From an uncultured Bacteroidales bacterium (GTDB lineage: Bacteria > Bacteroidota > Bacteroidia > Bacteroidales > VadinHA17), in contig CAWBNA010000019.1 in NCBI GenBank assembly GCA_963789985.1, forward strand, positions 400,464 through 464,463: a stretch of 64,000 nt of DNA, given 5' to 3'. The number at the start of each line of letters is the position of its first letter. Within the stretch, counting starts at the first letter, position 1. Below, in pieces: positions 55,680 through 64,000 of this stretch. The translations under genes and the position numbers were made by a program. The notes under the pieces were generated by a model, which was not told the origin of the DNA, made no database searches, and worked only from the letters and a program-made list of their open reading frames with translations.

Positions 55680-55976
55680 ATTATTTTTAACATTTTTTAG
55701 ATATCACTATCTGTTTCGCTTAACAATATGCAATAAATTGAGATATGACATATTAGTGTCCATGTCGTACAGACAGTTAATTTTAATGATATTTTTCATA
55801 TTAATATTTTGTGTTTTATATGCCGTTTCACTAATATATTTTAAATATTTTATCATTTTTTATAATAATATGTACTTAAATCCTTAACTTTTTTTAATGA
55901 TTTGTTTTTTGTAATTAATTTATTTTTATTTTTGCTGACCAGTTTTTCAGAAAGAATTTTAAAAACTGATTTGATA

Positions 55977-57644
55977 ATGTGCGGAATAATTGGAGTATTC
56001 GACCTTAAAGTAAATCAAGGGGAACTAAGAACAACAGTTCTGAAAATGTCAAAAAAGGTCAGGCACCGGGGACCTGACTGGTCAGGAATATTTTTTTGCG
56101 AGAAGGCGATCCTTGCTCATGAAAGGCTTTCAATAGTTGACCCTCAGTCGGGCAAGCAGCCTCTCTACAGCAGGGACGGGAATCTGATCCTTGCAGTAAA
56201 CGGGGAAATATACAATCACCAGAGTATAAGAAAGCGTTATGAAAAGAGTTATGAGTTTCTGACTCATTCAGACTGCGAGGTCATTCTCCCTCTTTTTCGC
56301 GACAAGGGTCCGGCGTTTCTAGAAGAAATGAACGGTATATTTGCATTTGCTCTTTATGACAAGGAAAAAAACGAGTACTTCATTGCCCGGGATCACATAG
56401 GCATCATTCCCCTCTACATGGGATGGGACCAATTTGGTAACTTTTATGTTGCTTCCGAGCTCAAAGCCCTTGAAGGTGTATGCAATAAAATTCAGGAGTT
56501 CCTGCCCGGCCACTATCTCTATAGCAAAGAAGGGGTGATGAAACAATGGTACACGCGCGACTGGATGAATTATGAAGCTGTTGAAAACAACGCAACTTCA
56601 ATAACCGCCCTGCGTGAAGCCCTTGAAGCCGCTGTTCACAGACAACTGATGTCCGATGTGCCATATGGGGTCCTTTTATCAGGGGGGCTTGATTCTTCAG
56701 TTGTTTCAGCAATTGCCAAAAAGTTTGCCCCGAGAAGGATTGAATCGGGCGACAAGACCGAAGCCTGGTGGCCGCAACTTCATTCATTTGCAGTCGGACT
56801 TGCAGGATCACCTGATCTGGCTGCTGCCAGGAAAGTAGCAAGCCACATAGGCACTGTCCACCACGAAATAAATTTCACTGTCGAAGAAGGACTCGATGCA
56901 ATACGTGACGTAATCTATCATATCGAGACCTATGATGTAACAACGGTCAGGGCATCCACTCCAATGTATCTCATGGCCAGGGTAATAAAATCAATGGGAG
57001 TGAAGATGGTACTTTCGGGCGAAGGAGCCGATGAAATATTCGGCGGATATCTCTATTTCCACAAAGCTCCCGATCCCAGGGCTTTTCATGAAGAAACTGT
57101 CAGAAAAATAAGCAAGCTTCACCTGTACGACTGCCTGAGGGCAAACAAGTCACTTGCCGCCTGGGGTGTGGAAGGGCGTGTGCCGTTCCTTGACAAGGAA
57201 TTCATGGATGTGGCAATGCGGCTTAATCCCAAAGACAAGATGATAACAAAGGACCGTATTGAAAAGTGGATCCTCAGGAAAGCATTTGAGGATTACCTTC
57301 CTTCCAGTGTCGCATGGAGACAAAAGGAACAGTTTTCAGACGGTGTCGGATACAACTGGATAGATACACTAAAGGCTTTCACATCCAGAGAGGTGTCAGA
57401 TGAACAGCTGAAAAATGCGAAATACCGGTACGCAATCAATCCGCCTATGTCGAAGGAAGAATACTTCTACAGAACCATTTTCAACGAACATTTCCCGTCA
57501 GATTCGGCAGCAATGTGCGTTCCTTCGGTTCCTTCGGTGGCGTGCAGCACCGCTGAAGCACTTGCATGGGATGCATCATTCAGAAATATGATAGATCCGT
57601 CAGGCAGAGCAGTAAAAAGCGTTCATATCGATTCCTACAAATAA
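55977..57644 (+). CDS. asnB: asparagine synthase (glutamine-hydrolysing)
   Basis: Start moved to ATG 55977, giving the N-terminal nucleophile MCGIIG. PP-loop motif LLSGGLDSS. Confidence 0.92.
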   Translation: MCGIIGVFDLKVNQGELRTTVLKMSKKVRHRGPDWSGIFFCEKAILAHERLSIVDPQSGKQPLYSRDGNLILAVNGEIYNHQSIRKRYEKSYEFLTHSDCEVILPLFRDKGPAFLEEMNGIFAFALYDKEKNEYFIARDHIGIIPLYMGWDQFGNFYVASELKALEGVCNKIQEFLPGHYLYSKEGVMKQWYTRDWMNYEAVENNATSITALREALEAAVHRQLMSDVPYGVLLSGGLDSSVVSAIAKKFAPRRIESGDKTEAWWPQLHSFAVGLAGSPDLAAARKVASHIGTVHHEINFTVEEGLDAIRDVIYHIETYDVTTVRASTPMYLMARVIKSMGVKMVLSGEGADEIFGGYLYFHKAPDPRAFHEETVRKISKLHLYDCLRANKSLAAWGVEGRVPFLDKEFMDVAMRLNPKDKMITKDRIEKWILRKAFEDYLPSSVAWRQKEQFSDGVGYNWIDTLKAFTSREVSDEQLKNAKYRYAINPPMSKEEYFYRTIFNEHFPSDSAAMCVPSVPSVACSTAEALAWDASFRNMIDPSGRAVKSVHIDSYK

Positions 57645-57658
57645 CAACTCAGGTCATC

Positions 57659-57755
57659 TAATTAACCCACCCCTTCCCGATAGCTATCGGGACCCTCCTA
57701 GAAGGGGATCTCTGTACCCAGGCCTTTTTACTTTTGTCTTTTGCCTTTTGTCTTT
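57659..57755. repeat. third copy of the composite element, with a nested 16-bp perfect palindrome
   Basis: TAATTAACCCACCCCTTC ... GAAGGGG ... TTTTTACTTTTGTCTTTTGCCTTTTGTCTTT. The inserted CCCGATAGCTATCGGG lies at 57676-57691. The copy lies between the convergent asnB and DUF4097 genes. Confidence 0.9.
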
Positions 57756-58392
57756 ATTCAGATTTTCTGAAGAATATATCTCCGCTGATCGTTGCAAGTT
57801 TTATTAACGGGCCGCCATTGTTAAGCTTCTCCCTGAAATCTGAAGAATGTCCTGAAGGCATTGAGTTTGATGATAGTGTATGATTTGTAAAAACACTCCC
57901 TTTGATTGTTGAAAACTCCAGGTCGGCATTTTCTGAACCCGGAACTGCAAGATCGATGAAACCACTTATTGTGTTTACTTTCATTGCCGAAGTCTTACCC
58001 TCAATTGTTATATCCCCGTTAATTGTTTCTACTGAAAATTCAGTTTCAGCAGGTATATAAATTTCCCATCTTATATCGGATTTGGTGCAGCAGTTATTCT
58101 TTTTATCCTGCTTATAGTCTTTTTTAAAGCCAGCTCTTATCTCAGCAGTTTTTCCTGATTCCCCGAACGAGATCTGATATGCATCATTATCCTTATTTTC
58201 ATTTATGTTAACTGATGCAATGGCGTAAATCTCATTCTTGTTCCATGTCCGGATAGTTATTGAGTCAGCTATCTGAATATTCATCTCAATTGATTCCTTT
58301 CCGGAGAAGTCAATGTGCTTTTCGGTTGTTACCTGGGCATTTGCTGAAGCAAGGCACAGCCAGGTTGCAAAGAAAATTGCAATACATTTCAT
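57754..58392 (-). CDS. DUF4097-like putative adhesin/beta-helix protein
   Basis: 212 aa with a signal peptide and repeated SG.I motifs (INGDITIEG, ISGFIDL, IKGSVF, ISGDIFF). Confidence 0.6.
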   Translation of the reverse strand: MKCIAIFFATWLCLASANAQVTTEKHIDFSGKESIEMNIQIADSITIRTWNKNEIYAIASVNINENKDNDAYQISFGESGKTAEIRAGFKKDYKQDKKNNCCTKSDIRWEIYIPAETEFSVETINGDITIEGKTSAMKVNTISGFIDLAVPGSENADLEFSTIKGSVFTNHTLSSNSMPSGHSSDFREKLNNGGPLIKLATISGDIFFRKSE

Positions 58393-58490
58393 GTGTAAAT
58401 AATTTTGATTTTAACGGTCACATGGAACCCACATGTTTGGAGAGACATTTACATTCTTGTTTGTGTTTGGATAACATGTGGGTTTCATAA
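58386..58490 (-). repeat. ~100-nt conserved leader element, copy B (upstream of DUF4097 gene)
   Basis: Same element abutting start codon 58392. Inverted-repeat arms at 58424-58434 and 58476-58486. Confidence 0.85.
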
Positions 58491-58539
58491 TTAAGATTTA
58501 AATTGTTATTAATTCAAATTAAGCAGGGAAGGAAGGGAA

Positions 58540-59316
58540 TCAGTTACCCTTCCTGATGTAAACATTACCGCTGACCGTCGAAATACTGACTTTTGGCCCT
58601 CCACCATTAAGTAAATAGGTAAGCTCATTCCCGACCACCTTTTTCATATTATCCTTTGCCTCGGTAAAATCGAAATCGGAATAAAAGGATCCGCCAACCG
58701 TCCTGAGTTCGAGGCTTGCTGCAGTTTTTGCAGGAAGTGTAATGTCGATTTCGCCGCTTATTGCATTTATTGATACTGGTTTGTCAGGTATGCCGCTGAA
58801 AGTAATATTTACGTTTCCGCTGATTGTTGAAAGAACAAGGGGACCTGTAACATTTTTAAGATCAATTCCCTGGCAAGTCTTAACATCAATTTCATTCTTC
58901 ATGCCTGCAACAGAAATACTGCTTGCCCTCTCGCAGCCGCTCTCAATTTCAAGGGCCAGGTTATCCGGTACCTTTATTTTATAGTCGGCACTTTTTGTGA
59001 TCGGAAGCATACAGGTGACCGAAATTTCGTTACCGTTTTTCTCCACATCGAGCCCCAGCCCGGAATTATCATTACCGCCGGGGTAAATAGGCCTTAATCC
59101 CTTAGCTCTCTCTGGCGGTGTAAAGTCACCATTTGGGGATGTGATTATGATTTCGTTCCCGCTGTATCCTTCAATGGGCAGATCATGGGTGAAATTTTTC
59201 AGAATGAGCTTGCTGTCCTTTGTGTTCTGAACGGTCAGCTTGTATTCCTGACCCGCTGCTATTCCTGCCGAAAGCAGGAAACCCAAAACCAACATGTTTA
59301 TTTTAATCGCTTTCAT
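58540..59316 (-). CDS. DUF4097-like putative adhesin/beta-helix protein
   Basis: Start moved to ATG 59316 (MKAIKINMLVLGF). Repeated ISGNVNI, ISGEIDI and VSGNVYI motifs. Confidence 0.6.
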   Translation of the reverse strand: MKAIKINMLVLGFLLSAGIAAGQEYKLTVQNTKDSKLILKNFTHDLPIEGYSGNEIIITSPNGDFTPPERAKGLRPIYPGGNDNSGLGLDVEKNGNEISVTCMLPITKSADYKIKVPDNLALEIESGCERASSISVAGMKNEIDVKTCQGIDLKNVTGPLVLSTISGNVNITFSGIPDKPVSINAISGEIDITLPAKTAASLELRTVGGSFYSDFDFTEAKDNMKKVVGNELTYLLNGGGPKVSISTVSGNVYIRKGN

Positions 59317-59400
59317 AACTTCATTTTTTTTTGTTTTATAACTTTCCAGGCAAACCCGGTATTCACCTGAACTATTTATTATTGAATTCAATTTCTATAT

Positions 59401-60198
59401 TCATATAAGCTGTTTAACACCGCTCTCGGCAACTGATTTTACTTCTTTCAAAGTCCGGTCGTCTGATATGATCTTCCGGATGGGTTCAACAGCACTCTTT
59501 TCCCTTAATTCAACAAGAATATTTATCAGTGTGACCTGCAGGATTGGATCAGTCTGACCGGGCAATGATTTTACAAGCGAGTCGCGGACATATTGCCTGT
59601 CAGTATATTTTTCGAGGGCATAAGCTGCTGCCATCCTCACGTTTACATTCTTATCGCCGTTAAGTGTCACAAGCAGTGCATTAATAACATTTTCATCAGG
59701 CTTGTCCATTTCATCTGCATAATTGACTGCCTGGATCCTGTAGCTCGACGATCCGTCTTTCAGCATTGTGAACATGGCTGTTTTGCGCAGTGCATTTACT
59801 TCTGACTTCAGCTGGCTGAGCTCCTTCTCCTGTCCCGAACCTGAAATACCTGAATAGATGAGTACGCCAAGGAAAGATCCTGTGATCAATATGGCAATTG
59901 CAGCTGCGATCCTAAAGATTGTACGATCGTACCAGAGTAGCCTCTCGGGTTTTACATCCATGCTGCCAGCCTTTCTGATCTCATTGTGAAGCATGTGATA
60001 AAAATTGATGTGCATTGAATCATCAGGAGTCTCCATTTCCTTCGACGAAATGAGTTGCATAATATGCTGCATTTCCATCATCTCATCAAGGCATCTCTCA
60101 CATGTTTCAAGATGCTTCTCAATTTCAGCCTTTTTATCACTTTCCAGCTTATTGTCAAGGTAATCGATCATTAAGCTCTCTGCTTCTTCACATTTCAT
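59401..60198 (-). CDS. anti-sigma factor (zf-HC2) with TM and extracytoplasmic HEAT-like repeats
   Basis: 265 aa with an N-terminal zinc-finger pattern MKCEEAE...HLETCERC, a central TM IAAAIAILITGSFLGVLIY and a C-terminal helical-repeat region (VRMAAAYALEKY). Confidence 0.7.
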   Translation of the reverse strand: MKCEEAESLMIDYLDNKLESDKKAEIEKHLETCERCLDEMMEMQHIMQLISSKEMETPDDSMHINFYHMLHNEIRKAGSMDVKPERLLWYDRTIFRIAAAIAILITGSFLGVLIYSGISGSGQEKELSQLKSEVNALRKTAMFTMLKDGSSSYRIQAVNYADEMDKPDENVINALLVTLNGDKNVNVRMAAAYALEKYTDRQYVRDSLVKSLPGQTDPILQVTLINILVELREKSAVEPIRKIISDDRTLKEVKSVAESGVKQLI

Positions 60199-60209
60199 AT
60201 CTGTTTCTT

Positions 60210-60752
60210 TTAAATCTGTTTCGCAAAAATAAATCTCAGCTGCCTTATTGCCCTGAAAGTTGACACTTTCACAGCTGTAACAGATTGCCCGGTTATTGCA
60301 GCTATTTCAATGTATTTCAAACCCTGGTAACGGCTGAGTACAATTATTTCCCTTTGTGCCTCATTAAGCTCCATAAGTGCACGGTCGAGTTTTTCATAAT
60401 CCTCTTCAGGATAATTTTCAGGTTCCTCAGGTACTTCGGCATGATAATATTCAGTCTGCGAAAAGAGATCATCATTTTTTTTCTGCTGAATACGGTAATC
60501 AGTGTGAATGTTCCTTGCAATCTGGTATATCCATGATTTAACTGAATTCCCGGCTTTATAGGATTGTCTGTACTTGATCATCCTATAAAACAGGTTTTGT
60601 GTAAGATCCTGGCTGATATCCCTTGTAAGCCCCATCTTCAGAAAGAAATTGAAGAGCCTTACATTGTATCTTTCAAAAATAACCGACATCCTGGCAAGGT
60701 TACCGTCTCTTATCTCAGTCATAATTGTTTCGTCGGGAATATTTTCCGTCAT
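60210..60752 (-). CDS. ECF-type RNA polymerase sigma-70 factor
   Basis: Start moved to ATG 60752 (MTENIPDE). Region 2 (SWIYQIARNIHTDY) and region 4 (VLSRYQGLKYIEIAAITGQSVTAVKVSTFRA). Confidence 0.85.
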   Translation of the reverse strand: MTENIPDETIMTEIRDGNLARMSVIFERYNVRLFNFFLKMGLTRDISQDLTQNLFYRMIKYRQSYKAGNSVKSWIYQIARNIHTDYRIQQKKNDDLFSQTEYYHAEVPEEPENYPEEDYEKLDRALMELNEAQREIIVLSRYQGLKYIEIAAITGQSVTAVKVSTFRAIRQLRFIFAKQI

Positions 60753-61037
60753 TTTTCTCCGGTTTCTGTAATGATTACCTGTAAAGTTAAAAATGGTTAC
60801 AGAAAAAATCCGAAGAAATGTAATATTTATCGGTATTCTCAAACAACTTTACCCGAAACAGACTATTTTTATTTTTATTTCTCATTTTTTATGATAACCG
60901 GAGTCATAAAGAAAAACCTAATCCCTTCTGAAGATTTCATATTCGGATTTGCTTACCTGCATGGACTGATCAATAAAAGATTCTGAACAATAATATGTTA
61001 TCATTTAAAACAAAATCATCAAAAATATTCTAAAAAC

Positions 61038-63302
61038 ATGAAAAGAACCGGGTCAGTTTTAATTGTCCTGCTGATTATTCTTGCCAATTTTCTCAAGGCA
61101 CAGGAAGAGCCTGATAAAAAATTACTTACAGTCGACAGGATTTATAATTCGGATGAGTTTACACCTGAAAGGCAGAAGCCCATTCAGTGGATCGAAAACG
61201 GGTCGGCTTATGTGACTGAAGAGCCGTCATCATCTGTAATGGGCGCCATGGAACTGGTCAGGTATTCTGTTGAACCATATACAAGAAAGATTTTTATCCC
61301 GGCTGAAGCATTGCTGATCAATGGCAAACAGATCGACGTTGAAAGTTTTTCATTATCTCCCGACGGCTCAAAAGTTCTCATATTTACAAACTCAAGCCGC
61401 GTGTGGCGGACAAATACAAAAGGCGACTACTGGGTTTATGACCTTGCCGCTAAAACATTGAGACAGATCGGAAAACAGTTCAAACCATCTTCCCTTATGT
61501 TCGCAAAATTCCAGCCGGGAAATAAATATGTCGCTTACGTTCACGACTTCAATATTTATACAGAGGATTTTGAATCAGGTGCTGTTAAAAAATTAACAGA
61601 AGACGGCAACGGAAAAATAATCAACGGAACATTCGACTGGGTTTATGAGGAAGAGTTCGGCAAAAGGGACGGGTTCTCCTGGAGCCCTGATGGTACTAAA
61701 ATAGCATTCTGGCAGCTAGATGCATCAATGATCGGCACATTCTACATGATAAATAATACGGATTCAGTCTATTCAAAAATAATCCCCATCCAATATCCTA
61801 AAGTAGGACAGGAGCCTTCAGCAGCAAAGGTCGGGATCATTAACATATCAGATGGCCATATCCGCTGGATCAGTCTGGAAGGGGGCGAAAAAGAGAACTA
61901 TATACCTGGAATGCAGTGGGTTGATGCCGACTTTCTCCTTATCCAGCAAATAAACCGCAAGCAGAATCAGCTTACTGTCTGGACGTACAAGCCAGCAACG
62001 GATCTTCTTGACAAAAGATACGTGGAAAAAGATGATACATGGGTCGATATTCTTTATCCTGACATTGTTTCAAGCCCATGGGCCGACGACGATCTCTTGA
62101 TCACTGATGCCGGAAAAGCATTTTTAAGAATGACTGAAAATGACGGATGGCGTCATGTTTATAAGATAAATATTGAAACGGGAGAGAAGGCTCTTCTTAC
62201 TCCCGGAAACTTTGATGTAGCAGCCATCGTCAACGCCTCAAAAAATGATCTTTATTTTATTGCTTCGCCGACTAACAGCACACAGAGATATCTGTACAGA
62301 ACCGACCTGAAAGGAAAGGGGAATGTCAGGCGCGTGACTCCCGACGGATATCCCGGCGTAAACAGTTATGATATCTCACCCGACTGCCAGTATGCCGTCC
62401 ATACCCACAGAAGTGCAACTATTCCTCTTACTTCAAGACTTGTAAAGCTTCCCGATCACCGGACGCTGAAAATGCTTGTTGAAAATCTTGCATACAGGGA
62501 GAAACTGTCATTGTTGTCGCTTCCCGAGATCAGGTTCCTGAAAGTGAAAACCGCCGATAGCGTTGAGATGGATGTACGTATGATAATGCCTGTAAATTTT
62601 GATCAGGCTAAGAAATATCCGGTGTTGTTCCATGTTTACGGGGAACCATGGGATCAAATGGCAACCGATTCTCCTGTCGGCCTGTTCAACATAATGCTTG
62701 CACAGAAAGGATATGTGGTTGTTGACATGGACAACCGCGGCACACCCTGCCTTAAGGGAAGTGAATGGCGCCACTGCATATACAGGAAAATAGGATTGAT
62801 CAATGCCAGGGATCAGGCAATGGCCGCAAACGAATTGCTGAAGCTCGGTTATATTGATAAAGACAGAACTGCTGTCTGGGGTTGGAGTGGAGGAGGTTCA
62901 ATGACCCTGAACCTGATGTTCCAGTATCCGGATATTTACAAGACAGGCATGGCAGTAGCGCCAGTTTCAAATCAGCTGCTCTACGACAATGTTTACCAGG
63001 AACGTTACATGGGACTGCCCCAGGAAAATATGGAAGATTTTATAAAGGGGTCACCTGTCACCTATGCAAAAAATCTAAAGGGAAATCTGCTTATTGTCCA
63101 CGGCACAGGCGATGACAATGTTCATTTCCAGAACACTGAAGTTGTTGTGAACGAATTGATCAGACAGAACAAGCAGTTCAGCCTCATGATATACCCCAAC
63201 AGGTCGCACGGCATTTATGAGGGAGAAAATACCACAAGGCACCTTTATACGCTTCTCCTGGAATTTCTGTTGAAGAATACACCTCCCGGGCAGTCAAAAT
63301 AA
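61038..63302 (+). CDS. dipeptidyl-peptidase IV (S9B serine peptidase)
   Basis: 754 aa with a signal peptide, an N-terminal DPPIV propeller (FDWVYEEEF) and a catalytic serine motif GWSGGGSM, with later GTGDDNVHF and RSHG. Confidence 0.9.
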   Translation: MKRTGSVLIVLLIILANFLKAQEEPDKKLLTVDRIYNSDEFTPERQKPIQWIENGSAYVTEEPSSSVMGAMELVRYSVEPYTRKIFIPAEALLINGKQIDVESFSLSPDGSKVLIFTNSSRVWRTNTKGDYWVYDLAAKTLRQIGKQFKPSSLMFAKFQPGNKYVAYVHDFNIYTEDFESGAVKKLTEDGNGKIINGTFDWVYEEEFGKRDGFSWSPDGTKIAFWQLDASMIGTFYMINNTDSVYSKIIPIQYPKVGQEPSAAKVGIINISDGHIRWISLEGGEKENYIPGMQWVDADFLLIQQINRKQNQLTVWTYKPATDLLDKRYVEKDDTWVDILYPDIVSSPWADDDLLITDAGKAFLRMTENDGWRHVYKINIETGEKALLTPGNFDVAAIVNASKNDLYFIASPTNSTQRYLYRTDLKGKGNVRRVTPDGYPGVNSYDISPDCQYAVHTHRSATIPLTSRLVKLPDHRTLKMLVENLAYREKLSLLSLPEIRFLKVKTADSVEMDVRMIMPVNFDQAKKYPVLFHVYGEPWDQMATDSPVGLFNIMLAQKGYVVVDMDNRGTPCLKGSEWRHCIYRKIGLINARDQAMAANELLKLGYIDKDRTAVWGWSGGGSMTLNLMFQYPDIYKTGMAVAPVSNQLLYDNVYQERYMGLPQENMEDFIKGSPVTYAKNLKGNLLIVHGTGDDNVHFQNTEVVVNELIRQNKQFSLMIYPNRSHGIYEGENTTRHLYTLLLEFLLKNTPPGQSK

Positions 63303-63378
63303 TCCTGTAGCCGGGCATTTGTTCCCGTTTTAGTGAATTGAACTGAATTAAACATAACAATAAACGTAATGAAGAATT

Positions 63379-64000
63379 ATGCTTAAAAAGATCCTGCCTG
63401 TAATCATTCTGCTTATGCTGACGTACTGTTTTGCCCTGCCGCAAAATGTAACCATAAATAAAGCGAAATTGACTTCCGCGATCGAACAGCTCGCAGTTAA
63501 ATATAAAATCCCGGATTATTCAGTTGGTATTATTTACGGTGACAGCCTGTGCTTCTCAATAAACAGGAACAAGGAGAATGAGGGTAAAAACTACCTCATA
63601 GGATCATGTTCAAAATCCCTTACCGCACTTGCAGTTTTAAAGCTGGCCAGGTATGATAAAATAGTTTTGGACAAACCGATAAGGGAATATCTTCCGTGGT
63701 TTGAGATGAAAAATAAGTCGTACACCGACAGTGTCACTGTGCGGCGCCTTCTTAATCATAAAAGTGGTTTTGAGAGGCAGTATGGTTTTTTTGATCCCGG
63801 CGTAAAGGATGCGGCCGGTTATGAGAAAAAGTTGGCAGAATACATTAAAGGAATAAAGGTGCGATTTGCACCGGGTTCAGCATTTCTTTACAGCAATCTC
63901 AACTATGTTCTTCTGGGAATAATAATCAGGAAGGTCACCGGAATGGCATACTCTGATTATATGGCCGAAACAATTTTGCCCGCTGCCGGTATGAAGAACA
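63379..64000 (+). CDS. beta-lactamase-family serine hydrolase (5' part, runs off the window)
   Basis: Not in the ORF track because it is open-ended. My translation from ATG 63379 gives MLKKILPVIILLMLTYCFALPQN..., followed by the SxxK motif IGSCSKSLTA. Confidence 0.7.
   Translation, partial: MLKKILPVIILLMLTYCFALPQNVTINKAKLTSAIEQLAVKYKIPDYSVGIIYGDSLCFSINRNKENEGKNYLIGSCSKSLTALAVLKLARYDKIVLDKPIREYLPWFEMKNKSYTDSVTVRRLLNHKSGFERQYGFFDPGVKDAAGYEKKLAEYIKGIKVRFAPGSAFLYSNLNYVLLGIIIRKVTGMAYSDYMAETILPAAGMKN

Noticed and set aside
1-64000. Mobile elements, CRISPR arrays, tRNA/rRNA genes, and phage or defence-system genes.
   Set aside because: I saw no transposase, integrase or recombinase-like ORF, no regularly spaced repeat-spacer array, and no tRNA or rRNA-like sequence while reading the intergenic regions. 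The only repeats found are the small intergenic families reported above.

Overview
The window looks like a Bacteroidota chromosome segment. This rests on the moxR-DUF58-batABCDE aerotolerance operon, a GH78/rhamnose locus, ECF sigma/anti-sigma/DUF4097 sets, and A-rich leaders without Shine-Dalgarno sequences. It is densely coding, and I support about 54 CDS. Left to right:
- Bat operon (0.2-8.5 kb).
- A Cys/Met-family PLP enzyme, ung and a CYTH protein.
- A 4-gene operon of lysine-2,3-aminomutase, two Ddl-like ATP-grasp ligases and a GNAT (11.3-15.0 kb).
- arfB and a DUF169 protein.
- A rhamnose locus with GH78, rhaT, rhaM, rhaA and a kinase (16.9-24.0 kb).
- A ~27 kb region (24.0-50.8 kb) dominated by predicted periplasmic beta-propellers (five PQQ/BamB-like paralogs, one NHL, one FG-GAP) and Fe-S electron-transfer proteins, flanked by two FtsX-type ABC systems. 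The Fe-S proteins are a cupredoxin-polyferredoxin fusion, a NapH-like protein, a Tat NapG-like ferredoxin, a NuoE-NuoF fusion and a 2Fe-2S/4Fe-4S protein.
- A TolC-EmrB-EmrA-TetR efflux set, asnB, an ECF sigma/anti-sigma/2xDUF4097 set, DPP-IV and a truncated beta-lactamase-family gene.

I recognised no rRNA, tRNA, CRISPR array, transposase or integrase. The main candidate for an undescribed system is the propeller-plus-Fe-S operon. It has an NADH-type input module and a NapGH-like membrane conduit, but no recognisable terminal catalytic subunit.

Several non-coding repeat families are also visible:
- A 100-bp tandem duplication carrying helically phased CACAGAG heptads.
- A composite element of a GC hairpin plus CTTTTG-periodic tract, in 3 copies.
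- A ~100-nt conserved leader shared by unrelated genes, whose last 26 nt also precede rhaA.

All functional calls come from motifs read by eye in the supplied translations. No database search was run.
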